NCBI GenBank assembly: GCA_030688545.1
Contig: JAUYHT010000006.1
Span: 413,966-445,965, forward strand
Length of the DNA: 32,000 bases
Direction: 5' to 3'
DNA from: Candidatus Iainarchaeum sp.
GTDB lineage: Archaea; Iainarchaeota; Iainarchaeia; Iainarchaeales; VGJJ01
Part shown: positions 1 to 7,824 of the stretch, in pieces
Numbering within the stretch: the stretch's first letter is position 1
How the letters are laid out: every line of letters starts with the position of its first letter
Program-made: the position numbers and the translations under genes
Notes under the pieces: model-generated
The model's input: the letters and a program-made list of their open reading frames with translations, nothing else
Databases searched by the model: none
Told to the model about the DNA's origin: nothing

Positions 1-771
1 TCGAGCGTGGATTACACTGATTTATGTTATGCCACCGTAGCTAAACAGACCAACCAGCCCCAACCCTGCTTGCGTATCCAGGAGGCGGGAGAAAAGGATT
101 CGTGCCTGCACGATGTGGGCATCGCCACCCAAAATGTCTCGACGTGCGGTTTCATTACTTCAAAATCCATCCTAAGCGCGTGCCTCGCGGCCGTTGGCGC
201 CAGTCAAGGGGATGCCTCGGCCTGCGCCTCCATTCCAGTGAAAGAAAGCAAGGATGCGTGTTACAAAGATCTGGCTATCCAACAGGATAATGCCGGGTTG
301 TGCGGGAACATATTGAATAATTTCACCCGGGATGCGTGTTATTCTCGAGTAGGGCGAGACACCTCCGATGTGGGGGTTTGCCTGCTCATCATTTCATCCA
401 CGCTGGAGGATGCCTGCGTGAGCGAGGTGGCCATTGCGCTATCCGATGCCACGTATTGCCAACACATAGGGACGAGTAACATCATCCTGCAGGACGATTG
501 CCTGGAGAAGGTGGCCCTGGCCCGCGCGGAATATTCCATCTGTGCCGGGCTTTCTAATGATACCAAGCGGGGGGTCTGCACGGGGAAGGTGGCCGTGCTG
601 ACGGGGAATGCCAACGCCTGCGGAGCGCTTCCTCTGGCGCCGGTGAAGGACAAAATTTTCCAATACAAAGCGCGGGACGCCTGCTGGAATCAAGTGGCGA
701 CCCAGGGAAAAGTCCCCGAGCTCTGCGCCAACATATATGATGATACCCTCCGGAGTGCGTGTGAACCATGA
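1..771 (+). CDS. Cysteine-pair repeat protein, hypothetical (probably 5'-truncated by the window edge)
   Basis: The track ORF is 7..771 (GTG), but the frame stays open back to nt 1. About nine tandem ~26-aa units each carry two Cys 13-14 residues apart, e.g. KDACYKDLAIQQDNAGLCGNI, RDACYSRVGRDTSDVGVCLLI, EDACVSEVAIALSDATYCQHI, RDACWNQVATQGKVPELCANI. The stop overlaps the next start (ATGA at 768-771). Confidence 0.6.
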   Translation, partial: SSVDYTDLCYATVAKQTNQPQPCLRIQEAGEKDSCLHDVGIATQNVSTCGFITSKSILSACLAAVGASQGDASACASIPVKESKDACYKDLAIQQDNAGLCGNILNNFTRDACYSRVGRDTSDVGVCLLIISSTLEDACVSEVAIALSDATYCQHIGTSNIILQDDCLEKVALARAEYSICAGLSNDTKRGVCTGKVAVLTGNANACGALPLAPVKDKIFQYKARDACWNQVATQGKVPELCANIYDDTLRSACEP

Positions 772-1076
772 GACGAAAAAAGTTGGGAACCAGAAGGACG
801 TGGGGCAATACTTCCATCGCCGAGGTATTAGGATATCATGTCAACCGTGTCCGGGGCGATCATCGCATCCTCTTTCTATGGGTGGTTGAAATATTGTTGG
901 CCGTTGGATTGGCCGCGAGCATGGCCATCTACTTGGACCCGGATATCAATGTGGTCCCTTTTCCATGGAATATTATCGCCTTCCTGATTATGTTGAGTAT
1001 TGGGATTTGGCTCCACACCTATACGCGGCCCTACCGGATGGCCCGGCGAGTAATGTATAAGCGTTCCCGCAGCTAA
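768..1076 (+). CDS. Small membrane protein, hypothetical (two hydrophobic helices, basic termini)
   Basis: 102-aa ORF whose start overlaps the upstream stop by 4 nt. Hydrophobic stretches are ILFLWVVEILLAVGLAASMAIY and NIIAFLIMLSIGIWL. No family recognised. Confidence 0.5.
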   Translation: MRRKKLGTRRTWGNTSIAEVLGYHVNRVRGDHRILFLWVVEILLAVGLAASMAIYLDPDINVVPFPWNIIAFLIMLSIGIWLHTYTRPYRMARRVMYKRSRS

Positions 1077-1133
1077 ACCATTCCTATCCTCTGATTGAAA
1101 AAAAAGAAATTTTGCATCCGTTCTAAAATCACC

Positions 1134-1310
1134 TATTTAGATCAACCCGAATCCAAAAATAGATACTTTTTTTGATCAAAATTTTTTTCTAGAAAAGAGC
1201 ACGTTTTTTGATCAAACTTTTTCCTAAAAAAAGTCCGTTTTTTGATCAAACTTTTTTCTAAAAAAAGTCGTTTTTTGATCAACCTTTTTCCTAAAAAGTT
1301 TGAAAAAAAG
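1134..1310. repeat. Tandem array (about 5 units of ~33 nt) of an AT-rich, palindrome-containing repeat; consensus CGTTTTTTGATCAAACTTTTTTCTAAAAAAAGT
   Basis: Units begin near 1134, 1166, 1202, 1236 and 1269. Each contains TTTGATCAAA (a GATC-centred palindrome) and CTTTTTTCTAAAAAAAG. An array of the same family in the same orientation lies at 18015-18180. Confidence 0.85.
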
Positions 1311-1331
1311 GAAAAGGCCGGGTAGCCGGCC
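1300..1331 (-). terminator. Hairpin plus oligo-T terminator downstream of the Arg-rich ORF
   Basis: Stem-loop GGCCGG-GTAG-CCGGCC at 1316-1331, 10 nt after the stop at 1341. On the minus strand it is followed by TTTTCCTTTTTTTCAA. Confidence 0.5.
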
Positions 1332-1340
1332 GTATTCCAT

Positions 1341-1526
1341 TTATGCTCGGCGCGCGCGGCGTCGCGCGGGGCGTCGGGCCGCGGGCTTTCGGGCCGTCGT
1401 ACGGCGTCGCGTAGTGCGGCGTCGGGCGGTGGTCGTTGTGGCCTTGCGGCGCACTCGGCGTCTTTTTGCCGGTCGGGCGGCGGATGCAGCAGCGCTGCGG
1501 CTTCTTGCTCTTCGTCTTACAGCCAT
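1341..1526 (-). CDS. Extremely arginine-rich small basic protein (61 aa; 25 Arg, 3 Lys, no Asp/Glu), protamine-like, hypothetical
   Basis: The ATG at 1526 is preceded by AAGGAGGT (1542-1535) with an 8-nt spacer. A hairpin plus T-run follows directly after the stop. A TATA-like element lies about 56 nt upstream. The local GC-rich island is explained by CGN Arg codons. Confidence 0.55.
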   Translation of the reverse strand: MAVRRRARSRSAAASAARPAKRRRVRRKATTTTARRRTTRRRTTARKPAARRPARRRARRA

Positions 1527-1581
1527 TTGGGTTTACCTCCTTATAGGCAACAGTTAATTATGTGCAAGCAACCAATCGCGG

Positions 1582-1589
1582 TATATAAA
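1582..1589. promoter_or_regulatory. TATA-box-like element (TATATAAA) in a divergent intergenic region
   Basis: It ends 22 nt upstream of the ribL ATG (1612), which fits a leaderless transcript. It is also correctly placed to give the minus-strand Arg-rich ORF an SD-containing leader. Confidence 0.4.
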
Positions 1590-1611
1590 TGTTTGCCAAT
1601 TTGTCATCGTA

Positions 1612-2097
1612 ATGCATACAAATACGCGTTTTACATCATCAAATGATCGTGCACCGCGCCAATGGGTGCGCGTCGTGGCCGCGGGAACATTTGATTGGGT
1701 GCACCCGGGACATGTGCATTTTCTTTCGGCGGCCAAGGCGCTGGGGGATCATCTCACCGTGATTGTAGCCCGGGATGCCACGGTGCGCCGCATCAAAGGG
1801 ACTTTCCCTATTACCCCCGAGGAGGGCCGAAAAGCCGTCATTTCGGCCGTGAGGGGGGTGGATGCAGCCGTTTTAGGGAACGAGGGGGATATTTTCCAAA
1901 AAATAGTTGAATTGAACCCGGATATCCTGGCGATGGGGTATGATCAACAGCCGGAGGATGAGGCATTACGGAAGGCTTTGGCGGAGCGGGGGCTTTCGTG
2001 CCAAGTCGTGCGCATCTCCTCCTGGCATCCGGAATCCAATAAAACATCGGTGCTCAAAAGGCGGTTGGGTATAGAAACAAATCGCCTCACCACGTGA
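1612..2097 (+). CDS. ribL: FAD synthase RibL-type nucleotidyltransferase (cytidylyltransferase-like family)
   Basis: GTFDWVHPGHVHFL carries the (H/T)xGH motif. VIVARDATVRRIKG..PITPEE..R..ISAVRGVDAAVLG matches the archaeal RibL pattern as I remember it. The size (~150-aa core) fits. Confidence 0.65.
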   Translation: MHTNTRFTSSNDRAPRQWVRVVAAGTFDWVHPGHVHFLSAAKALGDHLTVIVARDATVRRIKGTFPITPEEGRKAVISAVRGVDAAVLGNEGDIFQKIVELNPDILAMGYDQQPEDEALRKALAERGLSCQVVRISSWHPESNKTSVLKRRLGIETNRLTT

Positions 2098-3064
2098 TGG
2101 CCACCTGGTCGGTGCGGTAGCGCTGGTTGACGGTCGTTTCGTTGATGATTTGTTTCCGTCCAGAGGCGTGTTCGATCCACGCTTGCCAGGCAATCATGGC
2201 CCCATTGTCCATCGCATAGGGAGTGGGGACTATGTGAAGGGCGGCTCCGCGTTCTGCGCAGAGGGTGCGGAGCATATTTCCTAAGGCGCGGGAGGCGGCT
2301 ACTCCTCCAGTGACGAGCACTTCTTTCTTTTCAGTATGCGCGAGCGCCCGTTCGGTGACTTCACTAATCATGGCGAAGGCGGTGTGCATGAATGAATAGC
2401 ACAAATCATTTTCGTCGGTTTTTCCTATTTTTTTTTGAGCCTCCGTGAGCAGCCCAGCGAACACCAGATCCATCCCTTTCACCGAATAAGGGAGAGGAAT
2501 CAGGTTTTTTCCTTTGGTATAGTTTTGGTCAATCACCGGCCCCCCCGGGAAACCATATCCCATTTTCCTCCCAAATTGGTCGAGGGCGTTCCCCACCCCC
2601 ATATCTAATGTTTCCCCCAGGATGCGGTAGCGTCCATTTTCTTCCGCGATAATCTGGGTGTTGGCCCCCGAAGCATACACCACTACCGGGTCCCCCGCCC
2701 CTGTCTTTTTTTTCCCTATTTCGATGTGGGCGACGCAGTGGTTAACCCCCAAGAGGGGGATGGCATATTTTTGGGAGAGGAATCGGGAGGCGATAGCCCC
2801 CGTGCGGAGGCAGGGACCTAACCCTGGTCCTTGGGCAAAGCCGAGGAGTGATATATCCTTCATTCCCAATCCGGCGTGTGTAAGTGCGTCCCGGATGATG
2901 CGCGGACCGTTTGCGAGATGGTGTTCGGCCGCGAGGCGGGGATGAATGCCCGCGTCGGAATGGGTGTAGGATGATTTGGTATTGGCGAGCACATCCCCTT
3001 TCTCATCCACGATTCCCGCGCCGAAGGTGTGGGCGGTGCTCTCGAGGCCGAGGGTGTAGGGCAT
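2087..3064 (-). CDS. kae1: tRNA N6-adenosine threonylcarbamoyltransferase Kae1 (TsaD/OSGEP family)
   Basis: The N-terminus LGLESTAHTFGAGIV, plus HP..AAEHH, GVNHCVAHIE and the C-terminal DNGAMIAW, are typical of Kae1. No fused Bud32 domain is present. Confidence 0.9.
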   Translation of the reverse strand: MPYTLGLESTAHTFGAGIVDEKGDVLANTKSSYTHSDAGIHPRLAAEHHLANGPRIIRDALTHAGLGMKDISLLGFAQGPGLGPCLRTGAIASRFLSQKYAIPLLGVNHCVAHIEIGKKKTGAGDPVVVYASGANTQIIAEENGRYRILGETLDMGVGNALDQFGRKMGYGFPGGPVIDQNYTKGKNLIPLPYSVKGMDLVFAGLLTEAQKKIGKTDENDLCYSFMHTAFAMISEVTERALAHTEKKEVLVTGGVAASRALGNMLRTLCAERGAALHIVPTPYAMDNGAMIAWQAWIEHASGRKQIINETTVNQRYRTDQVAITW

Positions 3065-3070
3065 AGGGAG

Positions 3071-3601
3071 TTACACCCAAATGAAAATTATAAAGAGATT
3101 GAAGGCCACGTGAGCAATGAAACCAGGGAGGATGGATTGCCCTTCCTTCCTTGAATAGTTGAGGATGAGGGCGGCGAGGAATGTTCCCAAAACCTCGAGA
3201 ATTGACCCATACCCCAGATGAAAGGCGGCAAAGAAGAGGGCGGAGGGAATGTTTCCAAATACGGTGTAGGCGAATCCCCTGAAAAACATCTCTTCGGCGA
3301 GCGCGACGAATATCACATAGAGCAGAGTAATGAGGGGAACCACCGCCAATGTTTGAGCGTAGGCCACCACGCCTTGGGTATCATCCACTCCCCCCAAAGA
3401 TCCGAGGAGGTGAATCCCCAAGTTGAGGAAAACCAGGGCGAGAATGGTGATGAGAATAAGGGGAAGGTGTTTGGTGTTTAGTTTTTTCCCGAAGAAATCA
3501 TACCGCGCGAACAAGGGAATTTTGGATAGGAGGAGGGAGGCGAGGAAGAAGAAGAGGGGGAGGGCTAGCGGATAAGTTTGGATCAGATGGTCGATTTCCA
3601 T
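3071..3601 (-). CDS. CPBP-family intramembrane metalloprotease (CAAX protease / Abi-like)
   Basis: Polytopic membrane protein with the three CPBP motifs: EEMFFRG, FAAFH and HVAFN. Confidence 0.75.
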   Translation of the reverse strand: MEIDHLIQTYPLALPLFFFLASLLLSKIPLFARYDFFGKKLNTKHLPLILITILALVFLNLGIHLLGSLGGVDDTQGVVAYAQTLAVVPLITLLYVIFVALAEEMFFRGFAYTVFGNIPSALFFAAFHLGYGSILEVLGTFLAALILNYSRKEGQSILPGFIAHVAFNLFIIFIWV

Positions 3602-3777
3602 TCGCTATACCCACAGTTCCCGCATGATTCACGATTGGTATGCATCGCCAGAAATACTCCAGGCCCGCATTTGGGGCAGAATTTCCCTTTTCGCGCGATG
3701 GCATCCGTTTTAGTTTCATACCGCGTGGATTTGCTCGTCTTTTTGGTTTTGGGGGCGGGTTTTCCTTTGTCGGCCAT
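3583..3777 (-). CDS. rps27ae: 30S ribosomal protein S27ae (eS31)
   Basis: Zinc-ribbon CPKCGPGVFLAMHTNRESCGNCG with a basic N-terminus. It sits in the conserved position after rps24e. Confidence 0.9.
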   Translation of the reverse strand: MADKGKPAPKTKKTSKSTRYETKTDAIARKGKFCPKCGPGVFLAMHTNRESCGNCGYSEWKSTI

Positions 3778-3794
3778 AGGGCTTATTCACCTCG

Positions 3795-4178
3795 TCACTC
3801 GGTCTCCGGTTTGGTTTCGGATTTGGTTTCAGCGGGCGGGGAATCTTTTGTTTCAGTCCCCCCACTGGGTGTATCCTTTGGGGACGTTTCTTTTTCCCCG
3901 GTGCTAATTCCATGGCGCTTGCGCGCGTATTCGGGTTCAATTCTAAGCAGGTCTTCCATCGAATCGTATTTTTTGGCAAACCCCACTACGCGGGAGGTGC
4001 CGAAAGTGTGGTCGATGTTCTCGATAATAACTAACTGTTCATCCACCCCCAATTGGGCCGCCAGGCGGGTGCGCAATGTTTTCCGGTCGGGAATGGTTTT
4101 CACATCCAATAGCTCGAAATTGAGTTCTTCCCGGTGCAAGAGGGGGTTCTTGTGGCGTCCTTCGATCTCTATTTCCAT
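3795..4178 (-). CDS. rps24e: 30S ribosomal protein S24e (eS24)
   Basis: NPLLHREELNFEL....PDRKTLR..LAAQLGVDEQLVII....TFG......GFAKKYDS is a typical eS24 pattern. It lies in the spt4-rps24e-rps27ae order. Confidence 0.9.
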   Translation of the reverse strand: MEIEIEGRHKNPLLHREELNFELLDVKTIPDRKTLRTRLAAQLGVDEQLVIIENIDHTFGTSRVVGFAKKYDSMEDLLRIEPEYARKRHGISTGEKETSPKDTPSGGTETKDSPPAETKSETKPETE

Positions 4179-4188
4179 GTTTTCACCC

Positions 4189-4380
4189 TCATCGGCTCAG
4201 GCGCAGGGCATATTTGCCCTGGCCCTTGATTCCCATCTTCTGGGCGACTTCGCTTTTTTCAGGATTCACGAAATACACGAGGCCCGACCAGAAGGTCGTG
4301 GATTCGGTGCTGTGGCAGACCGGGCACTCCTTCTCATCCTCGTACAGTTTATTGCAGGAGCGGCACGCCTTCTCTTTCAT
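4189..4380 (-). CDS. spt4: Transcription elongation factor Spt4 (RpoE'')
   Basis: 63 aa with the zinc motif CRSC...CPVC followed by W.G.V...NPEKSEVAQKMG. Its start overlaps the rpoE' stop. Confidence 0.85.
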   Translation of the reverse strand: MKEKACRSCNKLYEDEKECPVCHSTESTTFWSGLVYFVNPEKSEVAQKMGIKGQGKYALRLSR

Positions 4381-4970
4381 GCGACATCCCCTCCCTTGGG
4401 GGGCGCTTTGCCCTTGGGTTTAGCGACGCGGGCGGGTTTGATCTTGGCCCATTCCTTCTTCCCCAACCCGGGTTGGCGCATGGTCAACCCTATTTTTGAA
4501 TCGGGCACTGAATTCTTCATGCTCACGCTCACGATGCGGGCGATGACATTATCCCCCACCTTCAAGGTGCGCTTGCTATCCCGTCCAATGAATCCAGGGA
4601 GTTTAGCGTCGAAGCTCACGAAGTCATCGGCAATTTGGGACACATGAATCAACCCCTCAATGGGGCCGGTGCGGAGGAACGCCCCGAACTCCGTGGCCTC
4701 GGAGATGTTTCCTTCCACGACTTCATTCACTTGGGGTTTGTATGAAATGAATGTGATCTGGGAATCGAAATAGGCCGCGGGGTCTCCGGGAACAATTTTC
4801 CCTTCCCCTAACCGTTTGGCGTCCACGATGGCCACCACCACCCCCGTATCGGGATCCACGAGCCCCTCCACGTCCTCGCGCACGATTTCTAAAACCGCAT
4901 GGTCCAGATGGCCCGAGAATTTGGTGGGGGGCACCCGGATGGTATCACGAATGGTAATGAGCGCGTACAT
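4377..4970 (-). CDS. rpoE: DNA-directed RNA polymerase subunit E' (Rpo7), S1-domain
   Basis: MYALITIRDTIRVPP N-terminus and a C-terminal S1-like segment (GLIHVSQIADDFVSFD...VGDNVIARIVSVS). It precedes spt4 in the conserved order. Confidence 0.9.
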   Translation of the reverse strand: MYALITIRDTIRVPPTKFSGHLDHAVLEIVREDVEGLVDPDTGVVVAIVDAKRLGEGKIVPGDPAAYFDSQITFISYKPQVNEVVEGNISEATEFGAFLRTGPIEGLIHVSQIADDFVSFDAKLPGFIGRDSKRTLKVGDNVIARIVSVSMKNSVPDSKIGLTMRQPGLGKKEWAKIKPARVAKPKGKAPPKGGDVA

Positions 4971-4979
4971 GGAAAAACC

Positions 4980-5423
4980 CTATTGCCAATCCAGGTATTT
5001 GGACTGGCGCACGACTATAGCCCGCTGGGGAGCGTTTTTAAGGCTTTGTCTCAGGGCCTTGTCGTTGGTGGCCACGATCATTCCTTTGGTGGCCAATTGG
5101 CGTAAGGCGTCATCTCCATTGGCGGCCGTGACCGAAATGATTTCCACTCCAAAACGGGGAAGCGCATCCAGCGCCACGCGAGCCGCTGTCCCTGTTTTCC
5201 CGCGTTCAATGGAGAGGGATTGAAGCTCCTGCTTCACCTGGATGGGAATGACAAGCGCACAAGGGCCCACCAAATCCTTAATCTGCGTGAAGATGTCGAT
5301 CTTCAACCGGGTCATGTCGAGGAGGAGATTAGTATCCAGGGCCACGTGCGGGAGGGAAATAGCATCACCTGATACGGGAATAGCGGGGGATGGTTTATAT
5401 AGAGCGGCCTCCGATTCTGACAT
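4980..5423 (-). CDS. PIN-domain protein, Fcf1/Utp24-like
   Basis: Acidic PIN residues are present (VALDTNLLLD, VKQEL, VATNDKALRQ). It sits between eif2g and rpoE', the position where this PIN family is conserved in archaea. Confidence 0.7.
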   Translation of the reverse strand: MSESEAALYKPSPAIPVSGDAISLPHVALDTNLLLDMTRLKIDIFTQIKDLVGPCALVIPIQVKQELQSLSIERGKTGTAARVALDALPRFGVEIISVTAANGDDALRQLATKGMIVATNDKALRQSLKNAPQRAIVVRQSKYLDWQ

Positions 5424-5443
5424 AGGATAGGAGGGGTTAGCTG

Positions 5444-6076
5444 ATGGATATTGTTGGATTTTTTGATGTAATCACTAAGCCGGAGGCAACCCTGACACGT
5501 CTACGGAAGAATGCGAATACTGGGGAAGCGGTTAAATTGTATGCCATTGCCGGAGGGATTTTTGGTCTGTTGCTCGCACTCATGGTGGTGACAGTGAGCG
5601 GTATCATTGGTCTAACGGCACTCACTGGAAACCAGACTGGCATGATGGGAATGTTAGGTGGTTTAGGGTTATTGTCGCTCATCGTACTCCCTATTCTGGG
5701 AGCACTTTTTTTCATCCTCATTTTTGGTTTCCAAAGCGGATTGTATTTCCTAGTGGCGTCATTACTTGGGGGAAAAGGGACTTTTGCTCATAACATTTTC
5801 CTAAATTCACGATTTTTTTGGCCGGTGTTTGTGGTGAACATCATCACGGCGGTATTGAGTGTTATTCCCATCCTAGGACTGCTTATCCAGTTGGGTTGGT
5901 GGATTTATGCGATTTACTTGACGGTCATTTGGATATCCATAGCAAATGGAATCAGCAAGCTGAGAGCGTTCGTCGTATGGTTAATCCCATCCATCGTCAT
6001 TCTGGGAATCCTGTTCCTTATCTTCGGGGCCGTTCTACTGGCAACCATCGGGGCGGCGGGGGCAAATCTCGGTTGA
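5444..6076 (+). CDS. Yip1-domain-like polytopic membrane protein
   Basis: 210 aa with about five hydrophobic helices. The N-terminal FFDVITKPEATL segment resembles the Yip1/DUF1282 family opening. Recognition by eye only. Confidence 0.45.
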   Translation: MDIVGFFDVITKPEATLTRLRKNANTGEAVKLYAIAGGIFGLLLALMVVTVSGIIGLTALTGNQTGMMGMLGGLGLLSLIVLPILGALFFILIFGFQSGLYFLVASLLGGKGTFAHNIFLNSRFFWPVFVVNIITAVLSVIPILGLLIQLGWWIYAIYLTVIWISIANGISKLRAFVVWLIPSIVILGILFLIFGAVLLATIGAAGANLG

Positions 6077-6101
6077 TTTGAAAATGGGATAGGAATTTTA
6101 T

Positions 6102-7403
6102 TTAGTGTACGATTCCCCATCCCCCCAGCCGCCACGCGGCTTTGTCGCGGCGGGAGATGGCGATCTTTTGCCCTTCCTCCACGGGCATCTTTCCTTTCAG
6201 CTTGAGGTGAAAGGTATTTTTCTTGATTGACACGATTTCCCCTACTTGAGTATGGGTGCCGATGGTGAGAACCAACAATTCATGCACATGGGGAAAGGGC
6301 AGTTTTTCCCCGAGAAGGCGGGGCAGTTCGTGCCACTCCATGGTAAATGTCTCCGTGGGAGCGGGCATCGATCCCGGGGCGGAGAGGATCTGGCCTTTGA
6401 ACTTGTCCATACTGGTTATCCCCGGGTCTAGGAGCGTGCCAACCGCAATCAACCCTCCCGGGTGCGCAGTCTTCAGTTCCCCTTCCGCGATGTGGATGGA
6501 GTCCACGTGGATACGGAAAGGTTTTCCATCGATGCCGGGGGTGATTTCCACTTCCTGTCCTTTGGAAAGGAGTCCTTGCACGATGCTTCCTCCTAAAACC
6601 CCTCCTTTGATTTGAGAAATTTCCGTTCCCGGACGATTCACATCGAATGAGCGGGAGATATACATTCGGAATGGTTTTTTCTCGTCGACCGGGGGCGTTG
6701 GAATGTAGGTCTCGATGGCTTCGATCAGCGCATCGATGTTGACATTGAATGTCGCCGAGATGGGGATGATTGGCACGTTTTCATAGCCATAGTCTTTCAA
6801 GAACTGCACTATTTCGGCGTGACTTTCTTGGGCCCGCTCGGGGGGCACGAGGTCCACTTTATTTTGTACTACGACGATGTGGGTGATGCCCCCGATCTGG
6901 AGGGCCAGGAGGTGTTCCGCGGTCCGGGGTTGGGGGCATTTTTCATTGGCAGCCACGACGAGCAACGCGCCTTGCATGAGGGCGGCGCCCGAGAGCATCG
7001 TAGTCATGAGCGTCTCGTGCCCGGGGGCATCGATGAAAGAGACCTTGCGCCTGATTTTTCCTTTTACCCCATCCTTCTCGGGGGCGACACCATATTTGGC
7101 GACTCCTTCAATGCCCGGGTATTCATAGAAAGTGGTGTCCGCGTAACCCAGGCGGATGGATATGCCCCGTTTCAGTTCTTCGGAATGGGTGTCGGTCCAT
7201 TTACCGGACAAGGCCTGTGTTAAACTGGTTTTTCCATGGTCCACGTGGCCTATCAATCCGATGTTTATTTCCGCTTGGTGGGGGCCGGGCGCGTTCTTTT
7301 CTTTTGAGGTTTTGGTCGTGGGTTTCATGTCATGGATTGAAGACTCGGCGGGTTGGATGTCCAGGGCTGCGGCGGCGGATATTTCTTTCTTTTTGCGAGG
7401 CAT
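6102..7403 (-). CDS. eif2g: Translation initiation factor aIF2 subunit gamma
   Basis: The GTPase motifs GHVDHGKTSL, DAPGHE and NKVD are present, and domains II/III are colinear with aIF2-gamma. It has a ~45-aa low-complexity N-terminal extension, so an alternative internal start is possible. Confidence 0.92.
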   Translation of the reverse strand: MPRKKKEISAAAALDIQPAESSIHDMKPTTKTSKEKNAPGPHQAEINIGLIGHVDHGKTSLTQALSGKWTDTHSEELKRGISIRLGYADTTFYEYPGIEGVAKYGVAPEKDGVKGKIRRKVSFIDAPGHETLMTTMLSGAALMQGALLVVAANEKCPQPRTAEHLLALQIGGITHIVVVQNKVDLVPPERAQESHAEIVQFLKDYGYENVPIIPISATFNVNIDALIEAIETYIPTPPVDEKKPFRMYISRSFDVNRPGTEISQIKGGVLGGSIVQGLLSKGQEVEITPGIDGKPFRIHVDSIHIAEGELKTAHPGGLIAVGTLLDPGITSMDKFKGQILSAPGSMPAPTETFTMEWHELPRLLGEKLPFPHVHELLVLTIGTHTQVGEIVSIKKNTFHLKLKGKMPVEEGQKIAISRRDKAAWRLGGWGIVH

Positions 7404-7434
7404 ATTTGGAAGAGGGTGGGGAACAGGATTTAAG

Positions 7435-7824
7435 CTATTCCTTCGCCTCCGTTTTTTCCTCTTTCTTGCCCCACAATTCGTCCAATGAAGGTGAACCGGA
7501 TTGGGTCACCTTGATGTTGACCTGGTGGATATCCTCCGCGATGGTGTTGCCGCGCAATGGACGTTTGCGCCGTTCGCCTTTCTCGCCTTTCCGAAATCCC
7601 ACTCCCGGAAATATCAATAATTTTTTTCTTCCAGTCCCAGGAAATCGGCTAATCATGGGGGTGCCTGTCTTGTCCGAGCCCCCGGTAATGAGCCCTTTAT
7701 ATCCGTCGAGACCGATGGGGGATAAATCCACTTCATCCCCTATCTTTTTCCCCACGAAGGGGGTTTGCTCCAATTTCTTGGTGTAGGCTTTCCGTGCCTG
7801 CGGGTCTGAGACCACGATATTCAT
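7435..7824 (-). CDS. rps6e: 30S ribosomal protein S6e (eS6)
   Basis: GDEVDLSPIGLDGYKGLITGGSDKTGTPM....GFRKGEKGERRKRPLRGNTI is a typical eS6 pattern. Its start overlaps the infB stop by 4 nt. Confidence 0.88.
   Translation of the reverse strand: MNIVVSDPQARKAYTKKLEQTPFVGKKIGDEVDLSPIGLDGYKGLITGGSDKTGTPMISRFPGTGRKKLLIFPGVGFRKGEKGERRKRPLRGNTIAEDIHQVNIKVTQSGSPSLDELWGKKEEKTEAKE

Noticed and set aside
1134-1310. CRISPR array or replication origin as an explanation for the tandem repeats (also 18015-18180)
   Set aside because: The units are contiguous with no unique spacers and no cas genes, so this is not a CRISPR array. For an origin, no orc1/cdc6 gene is nearby and I see no ORB-like boxes. An origin role is not strictly excluded, but the sequence gives no support for it.
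1300-1557. 85-aa plus-strand Arg-rich ORF overlapping the minus-strand Arg-rich ORF
   Set aside because: It starts at a TTG inside the repeat array, has no SD, and would run through the minus-strand gene's SD and promoter. The minus-strand ORF has an ATG, a perfect SD and a terminator. Both strands of a CGN-rich tract look Arg/Ala-rich, so only one is likely to be real.
3640-4647. 335-aa plus-strand ORF, one of the longer ORFs in the track
   Set aside because: It runs antisense across four clearly recognisable conserved genes (rps27ae, rps24e, spt4, rpoE'). Its composition is Ser/Phe/Arg/Gly-biased, as expected for an antisense frame.
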